The notes: generated by a model not told the origin, from the letters alone. A stretch of 64,000 nt of DNA from Actinomycetota bacterium (GCA_947449535.1 CANFRP010000006.1:1052-65051); one strand, 5' to 3'; shown: positions 31,385 to 40,898, counted from the stretch's first letter. Translations and numbers: made by a program.

Positions 31385-32310
31385 TAATTATTGCTCCGCT
31401 CGAGGACGAGTACGTCGACTACATCACCAGCTTTATAAGACGTGCGATCTTCCGGCATGAGGGCAAGTCCTTGGGCGTTGGCCAAGCAAGTCAAACTTTC
31501 TTGATGAGCCAGAACGGTTGCCGAAGAGCCGCCTTTGCCAGATTTATGATCGAGGGCAACGCGAATAAATGATCGCTTGCCTTCAGGAGATTGAACAGGA
31601 TTATCAAGAATTGCTTTTATCCGAGTGCGGAAAATATTTGGGGCACCCAGCATCGTCCTAATCATGGGGCGAATAAAAATCTCGAGCGCCATATAAGCAA
31701 CAACTGGATCGCCAGGCAGAGTTACCACCGGGGTCTTATCTGGCCCAATTAATCCATAAGCAAACCGTCCGGTGTCAGACATTGCAGGAATTAGCGTGGT
31801 GACCTCGCCAAGTTCACTAAGCGCAGCGGTGATCATTTCAAAGGAGTCATCTTTGCTCTCGCCACTGATGATGATGAGATCAGCTCGAACTAATTGATCT
31901 TCAACAATTCCTTTTACTTGTTCATGATTTTCAGGAATGGTGTGAACTCGAAAACCAGTCGCACCTGCTTCGCGCACTGCGGTAGTGAGCATCCAAGAGT
32001 TGGTCTCATATTCTTCTTCACCATCAGCCAACAATTGCCCGGGCTCGACTAGATCATCTCCGGCCGAGATGATGACGACGCGTGGATGTGGTCTGGAGGG
32101 CAGTCGATTGAGCCCCAGTGATGCCGCAAGTCCGATTTGAGTAGAACGAATACGCGTTCCGGCCTGCATGACAACGAGTCCCTCGCTGAAAATATCTTCC
32201 GCAAGGCTGGCTCCGTGAGCATCTAGGAGTGGAAGATCAAATGGAGCAAGCGGGTGGGCTATCTCGAGTAATTTCTCGAGGAATTCCTCAACGCTAACTT
32301 CTTGATCCAT
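31384..32310 (-). CDS. MoeA/gephyrin-E-like protein lacking domain II, with degenerate MoCF motifs (Glp-like)
   Basis: The MoeA N-terminus ('SVEEFLEKLLEIAHPL') and the MoeA_C end are present. About 100 residues containing the 'FDNSAMDGY'/'MTGAP' region are missing. 'SGGVSVG' is replaced by 'SGESKDD'. Confidence 0.7.
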   Translation of the reverse strand: MDQEVSVEEFLEKLLEIAHPLAPFDLPLLDAHGASLAEDIFSEGLVVMQAGTRIRSTQIGLAASLGLNRLPSRPHPRVVIISAGDDLVEPGQLLADGEEEYETNSWMLTTAVREAGATGFRVHTIPENHEQVKGIVEDQLVRADLIIISGESKDDSFEMITAALSELGEVTTLIPAMSDTGRFAYGLIGPDKTPVVTLPGDPVVAYMALEIFIRPMIRTMLGAPNIFRTRIKAILDNPVQSPEGKRSFIRVALDHKSGKGGSSATVLAHQESLTCLANAQGLALMPEDRTSYKAGDVVDVLVLERSNN

Positions 32311-32343
32311 GACTAAACCTTACTTCTTACATAGAGTATTTCC

Positions 32344-32901
32344 ATGGAACTCTCCGCTAATGCGAAGGCGCAACTTCGCCTGAGATTTCGCCATGATCGC
32401 GCTCTTTCACAATCAGCAGAAAGTTTTGATAGCTGGAAACATATTCTTGAAGCAGATGAGATAAAGGGTGCAGATCACATAGCTTCATACATCTCCTATG
32501 GGGATGAGCCACAAACATCTGACCTAAATGAGGCCTTTCTCAAGTCAGGAAAATCTCTTTACCTTCCCCGATTACTTGCAGATAACTCACTGGAATGGGT
32601 CGAGTGGAGCGGTGATGAATCACAATTAAAGAAGAAGAAAAATATTCGTGAACCTCTAGGGCCTGCCGTTGATCCAGCGCAGATCCAGGTAATTATCGTG
32701 CCCGCCCTTCACATCAATCACGAGGGCTATCGCTTAGGTCAAGGTGGTGGCTCATACGATCGCGCGCTTGCAGGGAGTGCCGCTTGGACAATTGGCTTGG
32801 TCTACGCAGGTGAATTAACGAATGAAAATATCTTCGTAGCGCCGCACGATCAAAAGTTAAATGCCGCAGCAACCCCAGCGCTCATCGTTCGTTTTGTTTA
32901 A
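32344..32901 (+). CDS. 5-formyltetrahydrofolate cyclo-ligase
   Basis: 185 aa with 'GYRLGQGGGSYDR'. Confidence 0.85.
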   Translation: MELSANAKAQLRLRFRHDRALSQSAESFDSWKHILEADEIKGADHIASYISYGDEPQTSDLNEAFLKSGKSLYLPRLLADNSLEWVEWSGDESQLKKKKNIREPLGPAVDPAQIQVIIVPALHINHEGYRLGQGGGSYDRALAGSAAWTIGLVYAGELTNENIFVAPHDQKLNAAATPALIVRFV

Positions 32902-34044
32902 TTACAGGAGATCGCCCAAGTGGCGAGCCATTACTACGCGTTGCACTTGATTAGTACCTTCATAAATCTGAGTTAGTTTTGCATCTCGCATCATTCGCTC
33001 TACTGGATAATCGCTGACATACCCGTAGCCACCCAAAACCTGTACTGCATCTGTGGTGACTTTCATGGCGACATCTGTGGCAAAGCATTTTGAGGCGGCG
33101 GAGAAGAAGGTGAGATCTGATTCGCCACGCTCTGACTTAACAGCCGCTTCATAGGTTAGTGAGCGGGCAGCTGCAATCTGCATTGCCATATCTGCCAACA
33201 TGAATTGCACTCCTTGGAAATCAAAGATCTCTTTGCCAAATTGGTGGCGCTCGTGCGAATACTTTGTCGCTGCTTCAAAAGCTCCTTGTGCGATTCCGAG
33301 GGCTTGCGCTGCAATAGTGATTCTCGTGTGATCCAAAGTGCGCATAGCGAGCGAAAATCCAGAACCGACTTCTCCGAGCCGACGATCATCCGAAATCCTT
33401 ACGCCATCAAAATAAACTTCGCGGGTAGGTGATCCCCTAAATCCCATCTTCTTTTCGTGAGCACCGAATGAAACACCAGTGTCACTTTTCTCGACGATAA
33501 AAGCAGTAATACCTTTCGCGCCAAGTGTTGGATCGGTTGAGGCGAGAACTGTGTAGAACTCAGATTCCCCAGCATTGGATATCCATTTCTTACTTCCAGA
33601 AATTACCCAGTGATCTCCATCTTTTACTGCCTTTGTTTTCATCGCAGCAGCATCGGATCCTGCTTCAGATTCAGATAAGCAATACGAGAATCCTTTGCCG
33701 CCAACAAGTTGTCGTAAGTACTTATCTTTCTGGGCTTCATTACCAGCAAGGATTAGTGGCACCGATCCCAATTTATTTACAGCTGGAATAAGAGATGAGG
33801 AGGCGCAAACTCGAGCAACTTCTTCAATAATGATCACAGTGGCTAGCGCATCGGCTCCCTGTCCGCCATATTTCTCCGATACATGGGCAGCAGCAAGGTC
33901 GGCGCCATAAAGTGCATCTGATGCTTCTTGAGGAAAGCGCGCAGCTTGGTCAACATCCCGCGCGAAAGGTGCGATCTTCTTCTCCGCTAACGCTCGAACG
34001 CTTTCACGCAGAGCTTGATATTCCTCGCCGAAAAGTGCATCCAT
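32902..34044 (-). CDS. Acyl-CoA dehydrogenase
   Basis: 380 aa with 'CLSESEAGSDAAAM' and C-terminal 'QIYEGTNQVQR'. Confidence 0.93.
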   Translation of the reverse strand: MDALFGEEYQALRESVRALAEKKIAPFARDVDQAARFPQEASDALYGADLAAAHVSEKYGGQGADALATVIIIEEVARVCASSSLIPAVNKLGSVPLILAGNEAQKDKYLRQLVGGKGFSYCLSESEAGSDAAAMKTKAVKDGDHWVISGSKKWISNAGESEFYTVLASTDPTLGAKGITAFIVEKSDTGVSFGAHEKKMGFRGSPTREVYFDGVRISDDRRLGEVGSGFSLAMRTLDHTRITIAAQALGIAQGAFEAATKYSHERHQFGKEIFDFQGVQFMLADMAMQIAAARSLTYEAAVKSERGESDLTFFSAASKCFATDVAMKVTTDAVQVLGGYGYVSDYPVERMMRDAKLTQIYEGTNQVQRVVMARHLGDLL

Positions 34045-34056
34045 GAGGCAATTACC

Positions 34057-35940
34057 TCACTCTTGCGAGTGATTGTCCAGACCACGAAGATAACGATTGT
34101 ATTGAGCCAATTCATCATCAATTCCCATCGCATCCGCGCGATCTGCCGCGCGATCTATTCGGCGAGCTTCGCGTGAATCATCGCGAGTCCATTGGATAAA
34201 AGTGGCAATCAAAGCGATCAAAATTGGAATCTCGCCCATCGCCCAACCTATAGCGCCGCCCGTGCGCTGATCGGCTAAAAGGTTGATGTTCCAAGGTCTA
34301 TCGAGTGAAGCGAAGTATCCGCCATCAACCAATGAAGTCGAAGACATCAGTGCGACTGAGAAGAAGGCATGAATGCTCATCGCAGCGAAGAGAATGATTA
34401 TTCGAACGAGATACGGAATTTTCTTAGGGTTGGGATCAATTCCCACTATGACATAGAAGAAGAGAATTCCAGCCAGCAGGAAATGGATGTTCATAAAGAG
34501 ATGGCCGGTATGGCTCTTCATTAGGTGTCCAAATAGCGGGGTCATATAAAGCACGAAGAGCGAACCATCAAAAATTCCCAGCGCAACGATCGGATTGGTG
34601 ATCACCAACGAATAACGGGAATGCAGGAATGCGAGCAGAGTCTGTCTGATCCCGCGCTCTTGCTTTGTACGCCCGATCGGCAATGTACGAAGCGCAAGTG
34701 TCAGTGGTGCGCTAAGAACAAAACCAATAGGCGCGATCATTCCTAGAATCATGTGGGCGACCATGTGATACGAAAAAGCAAAGTGGGCGTAAATTCCGAT
34801 GCCTCCACTTGTAGCAAAATCTGCAGCGGCAACTCCCACAATAAATGCAGCTGTGCGACCTTTCGGCCACTTATCGCCTCGGCGAGTAAGGACAACTACA
34901 CCACGAATGTAGAGCGCAGTAATCAGAACAAGTAACCCTAAGAATGTACCGTCTGGAATATATGACATGAGAATTTTTCCCAAAGTAGGAGCTGGCTGCA
35001 TCGATATCCCAGTCACTGAGAGCGAAGCATCAATTGCCGGTAATTCCTTCAGTACAGGTGGTTGGGTAGTGGAAAGCCAACCGCCAATTGCAACAGTCAT
35101 CACCATAATCAAAGCTTCGGATGTGAGTAATTGATATACCGCGCGAGTGCCACTCAATTTTGCGGCAATATATTTTCGGTGCTTGTAGCCGATCCCAATG
35201 AGCAGAGCTGTTAGTCCAATTTTTATAAGTACCAATATTGCGTAAAAACTATTCCAGGAAGCCAAGGAATTTAAGCGAGTCCAGGCATTTATCGCGCCAC
35301 TAATCGCGGTAACTATTGCAGCCCAGAGCGCGAAGGAGCTAAAGCGAGGTATCGCAATTTCTCGTTCGGCGGCGGAAATTACAGCTAGTCCAATTACTCC
35401 ACCTACCCATGTTGAAATTGCGATGACATGGAAGAGAAGTGAACCGATCGCAATTCCATGATTTCCCGCGCTTGATGAATGGCTTTGAAATATTGGAGCA
35501 AGCAGACCAATAAAAGCAATGAGCAGAGTAAAGAGAACTCCTCCTACTTTCTTAATTCGAGTGAGAAAGAGCAGGACAATAAGCGCGCAGAGAAAAGTAA
35601 TGATGTAGCTCTTACCCAGGGCAGTCTGTGTGGTGAAGGAGCGAACCGTTGTGGGATCAAATGAATCACCAATTGGGCTAGCTAATAGATTAGAAATTTC
35701 GGTAAAGAGCGCACCCAGAGTTGTGACCGCCCAGACCGTTGCCGCAATTGAAGCCAAAGTATTAACCCGGATCGATTCCTTAGTAAGCAGACCGCGCTCT
35801 TCCCGAATAAAAAACGCGGAAGAGAGTAAGAGTCCAATCAAGGTAATTACAGAAATCAACTGAAGACTCTTTACAACAGGAGTAAGGAATCCCACCAAAG
35901 TTCCGGCATTAGGAATACCTTGTGCTGCTGCTAAAAACAT
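34057..35940 (-). CDS. Polytopic CopD-domain / cytochrome c oxidase assembly factor CtaG-like fusion protein
   Basis: About 627 aa and roughly 14 TM, immediately downstream of the CopC-like gene. The start is set at ATG 35940 (4 nt after the CopC stop) rather than the track's 36039. Confidence 0.6.
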   Translation of the reverse strand: MFLAAAQGIPNAGTLVGFLTPVVKSLQLISVITLIGLLLSSAFFIREERGLLTKESIRVNTLASIAATVWAVTTLGALFTEISNLLASPIGDSFDPTTVRSFTTQTALGKSYIITFLCALIVLLFLTRIKKVGGVLFTLLIAFIGLLAPIFQSHSSSAGNHGIAIGSLLFHVIAISTWVGGVIGLAVISAAEREIAIPRFSSFALWAAIVTAISGAINAWTRLNSLASWNSFYAILVLIKIGLTALLIGIGYKHRKYIAAKLSGTRAVYQLLTSEALIMVMTVAIGGWLSTTQPPVLKELPAIDASLSVTGISMQPAPTLGKILMSYIPDGTFLGLLVLITALYIRGVVVLTRRGDKWPKGRTAAFIVGVAAADFATSGGIGIYAHFAFSYHMVAHMILGMIAPIGFVLSAPLTLALRTLPIGRTKQERGIRQTLLAFLHSRYSLVITNPIVALGIFDGSLFVLYMTPLFGHLMKSHTGHLFMNIHFLLAGILFFYVIVGIDPNPKKIPYLVRIIILFAAMSIHAFFSVALMSSTSLVDGGYFASLDRPWNINLLADQRTGGAIGWAMGEIPILIALIATFIQWTRDDSREARRIDRAADRADAMGIDDELAQYNRYLRGLDNHSQE

Positions 35941-35944
35941 AAAG

Positions 35945-36514
35945 TTATTTACGTGGTTTTTTACGACTACGTGAACCGATTCCAAATGTCTGCTTGGCAT
36001 ACCAAACCAGGAACATAAATACCATGGCGGCGAGAACATCGAGGATAATCACGAAGGTGTAAGAGCCGAGCCCACCATTGGTTACTCCAGTATTTGCCGG
36101 CGCACTTGCCGAAGGAGAGGGAGTTGGTTGAGTAATTGATCCCGGAGCATTGAAAAAGAATGTAAAGGAGCCAACAAGTGGATCCTCGTTGTCAGTGAGC
36201 AATGTGTAAGAAACGGTGTAAACGCCAGTAATTGTCAGCGGCTTCATTCCGAGTACTGCAGACATTCCTGTTGTTGCAAGTGAGCCATCATCTACTTGGT
36301 CACCATTGGGACTGAGGACAGTGATCGTGCTTCCCATATCCGAAAGCGGTGTTGCTGTTGTGATGGTGATTGCCGAAGGCGATATTGAAATATTTGATCC
36401 CCGGATGGGGTCGGTCTTCATCACTGAGTTAGCAAAGGCGGTCGAGGGAATGAGGAGAACAAGTGCGCTTAAACCCAATGCTGCAAGTAGTCGAAGTGGA
36501 GAGTTTGCCTTCAT
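35945..36514 (-). CDS. CopC-like exported protein with a C-terminal membrane anchor, His-free
   Basis: Signal peptide 'LLIPSTAFA'. CopC beta-sandwich pattern ending '...LLTDNEDPLVGSFTFFF'. P/S/A linker and TM anchor. The start is set at ATG 36514 (the track's 36571 would overlap the FmdB gene). Confidence 0.6.
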   Translation of the reverse strand: MKANSPLRLLAALGLSALVLLIPSTAFANSVMKTDPIRGSNISISPSAITITTATPLSDMGSTITVLSPNGDQVDDGSLATTGMSAVLGMKPLTITGVYTVSYTLLTDNEDPLVGSFTFFFNAPGSITQPTPSPSASAPANTGVTNGGLGSYTFVIILDVLAAMVFMFLVWYAKQTFGIGSRSRKKPRK

Positions 36515-36532
36515 TTCTTTAGGATACTGCCC

Positions 36533-36772
36533 ATGCCGACTTATGAGTATGTATGCGAGGCATGCGGTCATGAATTTGAACTCTTCCAGTCATTTTCAGA
36601 CTCAGCAATTAGCGAATGCCCGGAGTGCAAAGGCTCAGTACGTAAAGTTTTTTCCAATGTCGGGGTCGTCTTTAAAGGCTCAGGGTTTTATAAGAATGAT
36701 TCCCGGTCAACTCCAGCAGCGCCGGCATCACCTGCGCCGGAATCGAAAGCACCAGCTCCGACTTCTGATTAA
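36533..36772 (+). CDS. FmdB-family zinc-ribbon protein (CxxC..CxxC) with a Pro/Ala-rich tail
   Basis: 'MPTYEYVCEACGHEFE...CPECKGSVRKV'. Confidence 0.85.
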   Translation: MPTYEYVCEACGHEFELFQSFSDSAISECPECKGSVRKVFSNVGVVFKGSGFYKNDSRSTPAAPASPAPESKAPAPTSD

Positions 36773-36951
36773 TTACCCGTGGTGCGGGGGCTTATCTCCA
36801 GCAATTTCTTGATCACGACGTGTCTCATCACTATCGCGTGAATCACTTTCATCCGATGTTTTCGTTGGGATGAGGGGCTTTCCCTCTCGCTTATCGCTCA
36901 CCCTGTAATGATATTCCATCAAGAACTCAAAGGTCGAAGTAGAGTTAAACC

Positions 36952-39051
36952 ATGTTCAATTCCCTTGGTCACGCTCTTGTTCGTCGCCGCAAATCGGTTT
37001 TAGCGCTCTTTATTCTCTTCATTGTTGTGGCCTCAGCTGTCGGCTCACTTCTCTTCGCTCGACTCGATAGCGGTGGGTATTCAGATCCCAAGAGTGAATC
37101 TGCAAAAGCTGCGAAGTATCTAACCGATAACTTTAAAGTTAAAGACCCTGCGATTCTTTTCATTATTCAAAGCAAGACATCAGTAACAGATCCGGCAGTC
37201 TCCGCCGATGCCGTCGCTCTTGAAAAAGAAGTTGCGGCTGTTCGAAGCGATATTAAAACCCTTTCTTATTGGTCAGCAGGAGGGGCGCCCACTTTGGTCA
37301 GCAAAGATGGGAAATCTGCTTATATGTTTATTTATACCAATGCAAAAATTGCAGTTAATGAGACTGACTTAGCTCAGAAATTGCAAGCTAAATATGATGG
37401 CAATTACAAGAGTGTGCGCGTTTATGTTGGAGGTTTTGCAACCTTTAATTTCGCAATTAGCAGCGCCATCTCAAAGGATCTGGCAGTCGCTGAGGGAATT
37501 TCTATCCCGCTTACCTTTATCTTGTTGCTCTTTGTATTCGGTGGCCTAATCTCGTCTGCAATGCCATTAGTTGTCGGCGTGAGTGCGATTATCGGTTCAT
37601 TCTTATCGCTCTACATAATTAGTTTGAATACTGGCGTAAGTATCTTTGCCCTGAACTTAGTGACAGGTATGGGTCTTGGGCTTGGAATCGACTACTCACT
37701 TCTCATCGTCAATCGTTTCCGAGAAGAGTTGCACGCTGGTAAATCAGTAGAGGAATCTGTTGCACGAACCGTGGCTACTGCGGGTAAAACTGTTTTCTTT
37801 TCTGGCATCACTGTCATGATTACCTTGTCTGCGCTTTTGATGTTCCCGCAAATGTTTCTTAAATCATTTGGCTATGCCGGCGTTACTGTCGTGGCAATGG
37901 CAGTTCTTGGGGCGCTTATTCCACTCCCTGCGATTCTTGCCCTGCTCGGAACCCGGATCGATAAGTGGGTTGTACGTAAAAGTGCAATTACTCCAAAGGA
38001 AGATGGACGTTGGGCACATACCGCACGTTTTGTGATGAAACGTCCGGTAGCGGTTGCAACTCTCTCATTTGTAATTCTTGGAACTCTTGCTGCGCCCCTA
38101 TCTAACGTAGTTTTCTCGCAAGTCGATAGTCGGGTTCTCCAAGACACCAATAAAGCTGCAATTGCTTCCGCTTTTGGCCTAGAAAATTTCCCTGGCCAAG
38201 AGAGTAATCCGATTGAAATAATCATCCCGAATGGCGCAGATATTCCGATGCAAGTTCGCGAATACACCGATGCAATTGCGGCTCTGCCAGGAATTATTCG
38301 AATAACGCCAAATCAGCCAGATGGAAAGAACTTGCGATTCTCCGCCGTTCATTCAGTTGGCCCTCGCACTTCAGCAGCTGAGAAATTGATCCGTGAAGTT
38401 CGCGCCGTTAAATCACCGACTGGAACCTTGCTTGGTGGCGTTGCTGCAGATTATGCAGATAGTCAGGCAGGTATTGCACGCACCCTGCCATGGGCATTTG
38501 CGTGGATAGCCGTCGGCGTATTGCTACTTCTCTTTATGTTTACTGGATCTATCATTCTTCCAATCAAAGCAGTGCTCCTTAACGTGCTCTCCCTATCTGC
38601 AACTTTAGGAGTTATGTCGTGGATATTTATTGGTGGGCACATGACCTGGCTTGTAGGGCATTTCACCAATACCGGAACTCTCGACACTTCAATGATTATC
38701 TTGATTGTTGTTGTGACCTTTGGACTCTCGATGGACTACGAAGTTTTCTTGTTATCGCGAATCAAAGAAGAACATGACGCTGGACACTCCAATATTGAAT
38801 CGGTTGCGATTGGTCTTCAGCGATCTGCCCGCATCATCACCGCTGCCGCGATGCTGCTTGCAGTTGTATTCGCTTCATTCCTCACAAGTGGTGTTACATC
38901 AATCAAATCTCTGGGGTTTGGCGTAGCTTTCGCAATCCTTTTAGATGCGACACTTGTGCGCGCGCTGCTCGTCCCTGCTTTGATGCGCTTATTTGGCGAA
39001 CGTAACTGGTGGGCACCTAAAGCGCTCAAGCGTTTTACCATTTCCCACTAA
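36952..39051 (+). CDS. MMPL-family (RND superfamily) membrane transporter
   Basis: 699 aa arranged as two 6-TM bundles, with 'GIDYSLLIVNRFREEL' and 'SMDYEVFLLSRIKEEH'. Confidence 0.88.
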   Translation: MFNSLGHALVRRRKSVLALFILFIVVASAVGSLLFARLDSGGYSDPKSESAKAAKYLTDNFKVKDPAILFIIQSKTSVTDPAVSADAVALEKEVAAVRSDIKTLSYWSAGGAPTLVSKDGKSAYMFIYTNAKIAVNETDLAQKLQAKYDGNYKSVRVYVGGFATFNFAISSAISKDLAVAEGISIPLTFILLLFVFGGLISSAMPLVVGVSAIIGSFLSLYIISLNTGVSIFALNLVTGMGLGLGIDYSLLIVNRFREELHAGKSVEESVARTVATAGKTVFFSGITVMITLSALLMFPQMFLKSFGYAGVTVVAMAVLGALIPLPAILALLGTRIDKWVVRKSAITPKEDGRWAHTARFVMKRPVAVATLSFVILGTLAAPLSNVVFSQVDSRVLQDTNKAAIASAFGLENFPGQESNPIEIIIPNGADIPMQVREYTDAIAALPGIIRITPNQPDGKNLRFSAVHSVGPRTSAAEKLIREVRAVKSPTGTLLGGVAADYADSQAGIARTLPWAFAWIAVGVLLLLFMFTGSIILPIKAVLLNVLSLSATLGVMSWIFIGGHMTWLVGHFTNTGTLDTSMIILIVVVTFGLSMDYEVFLLSRIKEEHDAGHSNIESVAIGLQRSARIITAAAMLLAVVFASFLTSGVTSIKSLGFGVAFAILLDATLVRALLVPALMRLFGERNWWAPKALKRFTISH

Positions 39052-39069
39052 GTGCCTTAGCCTTAGGGC

Positions 39070-39909
39070 ATGGATCTCATCGTCACTCTCCAATGCCAGG
39101 ACCAACCTGGGATTGTCCATGCAATGACGACTGCCATCCTTGGTTGCAATGGCAACATCATCGAGAATCAGCAATTTACCGATCCCGTCACAAATACATT
39201 TGTTATGCGCACTCGCTTTGAAAGCTCCATGAGCCTGGTAGATGCAAAGAATCATTTGGATAGTGGGCTGTCGCGCTTCAATCCATCGATTAAGTTACGC
39301 GCTACTTCAGATAAGAAGCGCGCTCTTATTCTTGTGACTACCGAGAGCCACTGCCTGCGAGATCTGCTCTATCTCCAAGAGCTCGGTGAGCTTCCCGTTG
39401 AAATTCCGGTTGTGGTCTCCAATCATAAGGAGCTTCAATCTTTGGTGGAATCCCATGGTATTCCATTTGTTCACCTAGCAGTCGATTCCTTGGGTAAGGA
39501 AGTAAGTGAGCAAGATTTACAGAAGCTAATTTCAGAACATAAAATCGATATCGTTGTTCTCGCCCGCTACATGCAAATTCTCTCCGCCAATTTCTGCCGA
39601 GCTAACAAAGGCAGCATCATCAATATCCACCACTCCTTCTTGCCGGGGTTTAAAGGTGCCAAGCCTTATCACCAGGCCCACGATCGCGGTGTAAAGATCA
39701 TTGGCGCTACTGCGCACTTTGTCACAGAAGATTTAGATGAAGGCCCAATCATCGAGCAGGATGTAGCCCACGTGACTCATTCGGCCAAGCCAGAAGACTT
39801 AGTAGCTCTTGGTCGGGATATTGAGCGTCGCGTTCTCTCCCGCGCCGTGCGGTTATTTGCCGAGGATCGAATCTTTATCGTGGGCTCTCGCACCGTTGTT
39901 TTTGCCTAA
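39070..39909 (+). CDS. purU: Formyltetrahydrofolate deformylase
   Basis: N-terminal ACT domain plus a formyltransferase core ('NIHHSFLPGFKGAKPYHQA'). Confidence 0.92.
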   Translation: MDLIVTLQCQDQPGIVHAMTTAILGCNGNIIENQQFTDPVTNTFVMRTRFESSMSLVDAKNHLDSGLSRFNPSIKLRATSDKKRALILVTTESHCLRDLLYLQELGELPVEIPVVVSNHKELQSLVESHGIPFVHLAVDSLGKEVSEQDLQKLISEHKIDIVVLARYMQILSANFCRANKGSIINIHHSFLPGFKGAKPYHQAHDRGVKIIGATAHFVTEDLDEGPIIEQDVAHVTHSAKPEDLVALGRDIERRVLSRAVRLFAEDRIFIVGSRTVVFA

Positions 39910-39917
39910 TAATAGTT

Positions 39918-40898
39918 TTAGTTTCCTTCTGGGAAATGGCAAGCTACTTTGCTGCCGATACTGATTTCAACTAGTGGTGGTGCAATCTGGTGACACTTTT
40001 CTGTTGCTTTCCAGCATCGGGTACTAAAAACACATCCTGACGGCGGATTGGCAGGGCTCGGCAAATCCCCTGAGAGAACGATGCGCTCACGATTTCGCTC
40101 GATTTCTGGATCGGGAATTGGTACCGCAGATAAAAGGGCTTTGGTATATGGATGGCGCGGATTAAGAAAGAGTTGTGAAGTTTTTGCCTCTTCCATAATC
40201 TTTCCTAGATACATGACGATTACTCGATCGGAAATATGTTGCACAACAGAGAGATCGTGCGCAATGAAGAGGTAGGAAAGGCCCATCTCCTTCTGAAGAT
40301 CATCGAGCAGATTTACTACTTGAGCTTGAATGGAAACATCGAGCGCCGAAACCGGCTCATCGGCAATGATCAATTTTGGTCGAAGCGCCAAGGCACGAGC
40401 AATACCAATGCGCTGTCTCTGCCCACCCGAAAACTCATGTGGGAATCGATTGATGTGCTCGGGGTTTAATCCAACTCGATCGAGAAGATTCTGAACTGCC
40501 TTCTTTACTCCACCTTCCGGATGAATCCCATGAATTTCATAACTACTCGCGATGATGGAACCGATGGTGTGACGTGGATTGAGTGATGAATACGGGTCTT
40601 GGAAAATCATTTGGAGTTTGGAGCGAACGGGCTTCATCTGGCGCGGTGAGAAATTAGTGATCTCCTCCCCATCAAAAATAATCGAGCCCGATGTTGGCTC
40701 ATAGAGCTTGAGGACTGTTCTGCCTACCGTGGTCTTTCCGCAACCAGATTCCCCTACTAATCCAACGGTCTCACCTGAATTGACGGTCATATCAATTCCA
40801 TCTACTGCTTTGACTGTGGTCTTATTGCGCGAGAAAACCCCATTGCTAGAAATGAAATGCTTCTTGAGATTCTTAAGCTCCAGAACTGGCTGATTCAT
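39918..40898 (-). CDS. Peptide ABC transporter ATP-binding protein (OppF/DppF-like)
   Basis: 'GESGCGKTT','FSGGQRQR','LIIADEPVSALD', and a Cys-rich oligopeptide C-terminal domain. Confidence 0.9.
   Translation of the reverse strand: MNQPVLELKNLKKHFISSNGVFSRNKTTVKAVDGIDMTVNSGETVGLVGESGCGKTTVGRTVLKLYEPTSGSIIFDGEEITNFSPRQMKPVRSKLQMIFQDPYSSLNPRHTIGSIIASSYEIHGIHPEGGVKKAVQNLLDRVGLNPEHINRFPHEFSGGQRQRIGIARALALRPKLIIADEPVSALDVSIQAQVVNLLDDLQKEMGLSYLFIAHDLSVVQHISDRVIVMYLGKIMEEAKTSQLFLNPRHPYTKALLSAVPIPDPEIERNRERIVLSGDLPSPANPPSGCVFSTRCWKATEKCHQIAPPLVEISIGSKVACHFPEGN

Noticed and set aside
35941-36571. Long track starts for the CopD-CtaG fusion (36039) and the CopC-like gene (36571), implying 95-nt and 39-nt gene overlaps
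   Set aside because: Internal ATGs at 35940 and 36514 remove the overlaps and give a normal signal peptide (MKANSPLRLLAALG...) and a normal membrane N-terminus. The extensions are not protein-like.
36306-36812. 168-aa + strand ORF spanning the CopC-like gene start, the FmdB gene and the following spacer
   Set aside because: It overlaps two better-supported genes in other frames or strands (the CopC-like signal peptide region and the canonical FmdB CxxC zinc ribbon). Its product has no protein-like features.
39052-39069. A ZTP (pfl-motif) riboswitch upstream of purU, and other riboswitches upstream of metG, serC, pdxH and 5-FCL
   Set aside because: The spacers are far too short to hold a riboswitch aptamer: 18 nt before purU, 9 nt before metG, 18 nt before serC and 33 nt before 5-FCL. 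I saw no conserved aptamer cores.
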